A stretch of 64,000 bases of DNA, from positions 8,810-72,809 of the forward strand of contig JACRJY010000098.1 in assembly GCA_016235585.1 (NCBI GenBank), written 5' to 3'. Source of the stretch: Verrucomicrobiota bacterium (lineage in GTDB: Bacteria > Verrucomicrobiota > Verrucomicrobiia > Limisphaerales > JACRJY01). Positions 62,053 through 64,000 of the stretch are shown here, piece by piece (positions within the stretch are counted from its first letter, which is position 1; each line of letters starts with the position of its first letter). The notes under the pieces are model-generated. The model had not been told where the DNA came from and searched no databases. It was given only the letters and a program-made list of their open reading frames with translations. The translations under genes and the position numbers were made by a program.

Positions 62053-63288
62053 TCACCCGCCCCGGTTGGCCCGCCAGAGCAGCATTGCGCCGACGGCTTG
62101 GAAGAGGAAGTTCGGAATCCACACGAGCAGGTGCGGGTGCCATTCGGCCCGCGTATCGAGCGACTGGCCGAGGATGATGAAGCTGTAATAGACCAGCACC
62201 AGCAGCAAGGCGATGCCGATGCCCGCCGTCGTCTCGCGCCGGTGCGCGCGGATGCCCAGCGGGATGCCGATGAGCGTGAAGCCCAGGCACGCGAAGGAGA
62301 ACGACACTTGCCGGTGCATCTGCACCAGCACGGGCGTGTCGGGGATTTTGTGGCGGCGCAATTCGCGCAGCTCCTCCTGCAACTGGAAGAAGGTCATCTC
62401 GCTGATCTTCGGCTTCAACTCCTTCGGCGCGGCGTTCTTGAGGTCAATGACCGTGGAGTATTCCTCGCCATAGACGGTCTGCCATTCGACCTCGGCGGGC
62501 ACGGCCGGTGTCGTGGTAGGGATGCGGTGCTCCGCGTCCCCGCCCTGGACGCGCGGCAGCGCGTCCCTACCTGTTGAAGGTTCCATTTTCGCGGGCGCAG
62601 CGTTGGTGGGCGTGGCCTCATATGCCGCGCTTTTTTTGCGGACGCGGTTGACGACTTGCGCGCCCTGAAGGTTGACGACGAGCTGCTGGTTGGCGGGGTC
62701 GTGGGTGACTTTGCCGCCGCGCGCGCGGATGCTCAAGGTGAGTTCGTTGTCCTCATACTGGTTGATGAGGACGTTGTGCAAAAGTTCGCCGTCCTTCTTG
62801 CTGATGTAGATGGCGAAGCCGGGGTATTCGGTGATCCAGCGTTTCTCGGTGAGATAGGACGTGGGCCGTTCCATGCCGAGGCGGTAGAGAAGCTCCTTGT
62901 AGGCGACGCGGCTGCGCGGGGCGATCTCCATGTTGATGACGGCGGAAAGCACGCACAGGGCCGCGCCCAGCAGCAGCAGCGGCGCGATGAGCGCGAGCAG
63001 GCTGATGCCGCCCGCGCGCGCGGCGGTGTATTCCTGATCCGCGCTGAAGCGACCAAAGACGAGCAGTGTGGCGGTGAGCAGCCCCATCGGCAGCGAGAAG
63101 ACGAGCACGTAGGGGATGAGCAGGGCGAAGGCCTGCACCACGCCGCCGAGCGTGGCCTGGCGGTTCACGAGCAGTGCGAGGACTTCGCGCAGCACGTTGC
63201 CGAGCAGCAGCACGAAGGTGAACACCGCCACGGTCATCAGCAGCGCGCCGAGCACCTGCCGCGTGAGGTAGAGGTGCAGCGTCTTCAT
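62053..63288 (-). CDS. LptF/LptG family LPS export permease
   Basis: The Met at 63288 gives [19 protein letters not shown], the typical YjgP/YjgQ start. Three TM helices, a periplasmic beta-jellyroll region, then three TM helices. Contains a 57-nt REP-like insertion in the periplasmic region. Confidence 0.8.
   Translation of the reverse strand: MKTLHLYLTRQVLGALLMTVAVFTFVLLLGNVLREVLALLVNRQATLGGVVQAFALLIPYVLVFSLPMGLLTATLLVFGRFSADQEYTAARAGGISLLALIAPLLLLGAALCVLSAVINMEIAPRSRVAYKELLYRLGMERPTSYLTEKRWITEYPGFAIYISKKDGELLHNVLINQYEDNELTLSIRARGGKVTHDPANQQLVVNLQGAQVVNRVRKKSAAYEATPTNAAPAKMEPSTGRDALPRVQGGDAEHRIPTTTPAVPAEVEWQTVYGEEYSTVIDLKNAAPKELKPKISEMTFFQLQEELRELRRHKIPDTPVLVQMHRQVSFSFACLGFTLIGIPLGIRAHRRETTAGIGIALLLVLVYYSFIILGQSLDTRAEWHPHLLVWIPNFLFQAVGAMLLWRANRGG
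62515..62571. repeat. REP-like element, family B (GGTAGGGA - two hairpins - TCCCTACC), located inside the lptF/G coding sequence
   Basis: GGTAGGGATGCGGTGCTCCGCGTCCCCGCCCTGGACGCGCGGCAGCGCGTCCCTACC is 57 nt, i.e. 19 codons in frame. It encodes [19 protein letters not shown]. Confidence 0.65.
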
Positions 63289-63383
63289 GCGGCGGGCCGC
63301 GAGCTTCTGCGGGAAGACATCTGTCCGTTGAAACGCATCGCGGCGAGAGTAAGGGAACACCGGGCGGGTGTCACGCTCTCCAT

Positions 63384-63448
63384 CGGTAGGGCCGCGCTGC
63401 CGCGCGGCCCAAACTATTATGAGGACGAGCAGCAGCTCGTCCCTACCG
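63384..63448. repeat. REP-like element, family B, intergenic copy
   Basis: CGGTAGGG-[GCCGCGC-TGC-CGCGCGGC]-...-[GACGAGC-AGCA-GCTCGTC]-CCCTACCG, between the lptF/G and serS starts. Confidence 0.6.
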
Positions 63449-63497
63449 GGGCGCGCAATCCCCTTGCCGCATGGAAGGCCGTTTCTATAATGCGCCG

Positions 63498-64000
63498 GTG
63501 ATTGACATTAAGCTGATTCGCGAAAAGACCGAGTTCATCAAGCAACGCCTCGCCTCGCGTCACGGTGGCGACGAGAGCCGCATTGATGAAATCCTCGCGC
63601 TGGACGAGCAGCGGCGCAAGGGACTCGCCCGCGCCGAGGCGCTCAAGGCCGAGCGCAACCGTGCCTCGAAGGAAATCGGCGCACTGATGGCGAAGAAAGA
63701 CCTCGCCGCCGCCGAGCAGAAGAAAACCGAGGTCGCGAAAATCGGGCCGGAAATCAAAGCGCTCGAAGAGGAGATTGCCCGCATCGAGGCCGCGCGTGAA
63801 AGCCTCATGCTCTTTCTGCCCAACTTGCCGCAGGAGAGCGTTCCCGTCGGCAAGAGCGCCGAGGACAATCCCGTTGTGCGCGTCCACGGCGGCCAGCCGG
63901 AGTTTGCCTTCAAGCCGAAGAACCACATCGAACTGTGCGAGAGCCTCAAGCTCGTGGACTTCGCGCGCGGGGCGAAGCTTTCCGGCAGCGGCTTTCTGCT
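63498..64000 (+). CDS. serS: seryl-tRNA synthetase (5' partial, runs off the window)
   Basis: Not in the ORF track: it has a GTG start at 63498 and no stop within the window. Hand translation [18 protein letters not shown]...[27 protein letters not shown]...[17 protein letters not shown] is the canonical SerS N-terminal coiled-coil arm. Confidence 0.85.
   Translation, partial: MIDIKLIREKTEFIKQRLASRHGGDESRIDEILALDEQRRKGLARAEALKAERNRASKEIGALMAKKDLAAAEQKKTEVAKIGPEIKALEEEIARIEAARESLMLFLPNLPQESVPVGKSAEDNPVVRVHGGQPEFAFKPKNHIELCESLKLVDFARGAKLSGSGFL

Noticed and set aside
63417-63949. 169-aa and 129-aa minus-strand ORFs opposite serS
   Set aside because: Antisense shadows. The plus-strand frame gives a canonical SerS N-terminal arm.

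Overview
High-GC chromosomal segment with strong GC3 bias, which produces many long antisense or alternate-frame shadow ORFs in the track. By inference it comes from a PVC-superphylum bacterium, most likely Verrucomicrobiota. The clues are a DapL-type lysine pathway gene, a Pirellula/Verrucomicrobium-type dehydrogenase plus CxxCH heme-binding fusion protein, PEGA/FGE and giant secreted proteins, and dense GC-rich palindromic REP-like elements. I support about 50 protein genes, one tRNA-Arg(CCT), two pseudogene fragments, several intrinsic terminators and about a dozen repeat elements. Housekeeping content: paaK-like ligase, ubiE/menG, ftsB, dapL, leuA, proB, lptF/G, serS (partial), ClC channel and rhodanese. 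There is also an AraC-controlled oxidoreductase/epimerase sugar cluster, a PhoD-rich phosphate-scavenging cluster, and a cupredoxin / adenylate cyclase / beta-barrel operon. Large secreted proteins include a 1415-aa Ala/Lys/Glu low-complexity protein and a 1421-aa metzincin-PKD-LamG protein. Most interesting observations: (1) a 3.1-kb AT-richer island between an alpha/beta hydrolase gene and leuA. It holds a RhuM gene, a truncated hsdS remnant and a translationally coupled pair of uncharacterised PD-(D/E)xK-like genes, a candidate undescribed defence module. (2) A Leu-run leader ORF plus terminator/antiterminator upstream of leuA. (3) A 12-unit 21-bp tandem array in a 1-kb REP-filled gap. (4) A TMTC-like glycosyltransferase gene bracketed by 127-bp direct repeats of the lptF/G 3' end. 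(5) A REP-like element embedded in frame in lptF/G. All homology statements are by-eye motif recognition; no searches were run.
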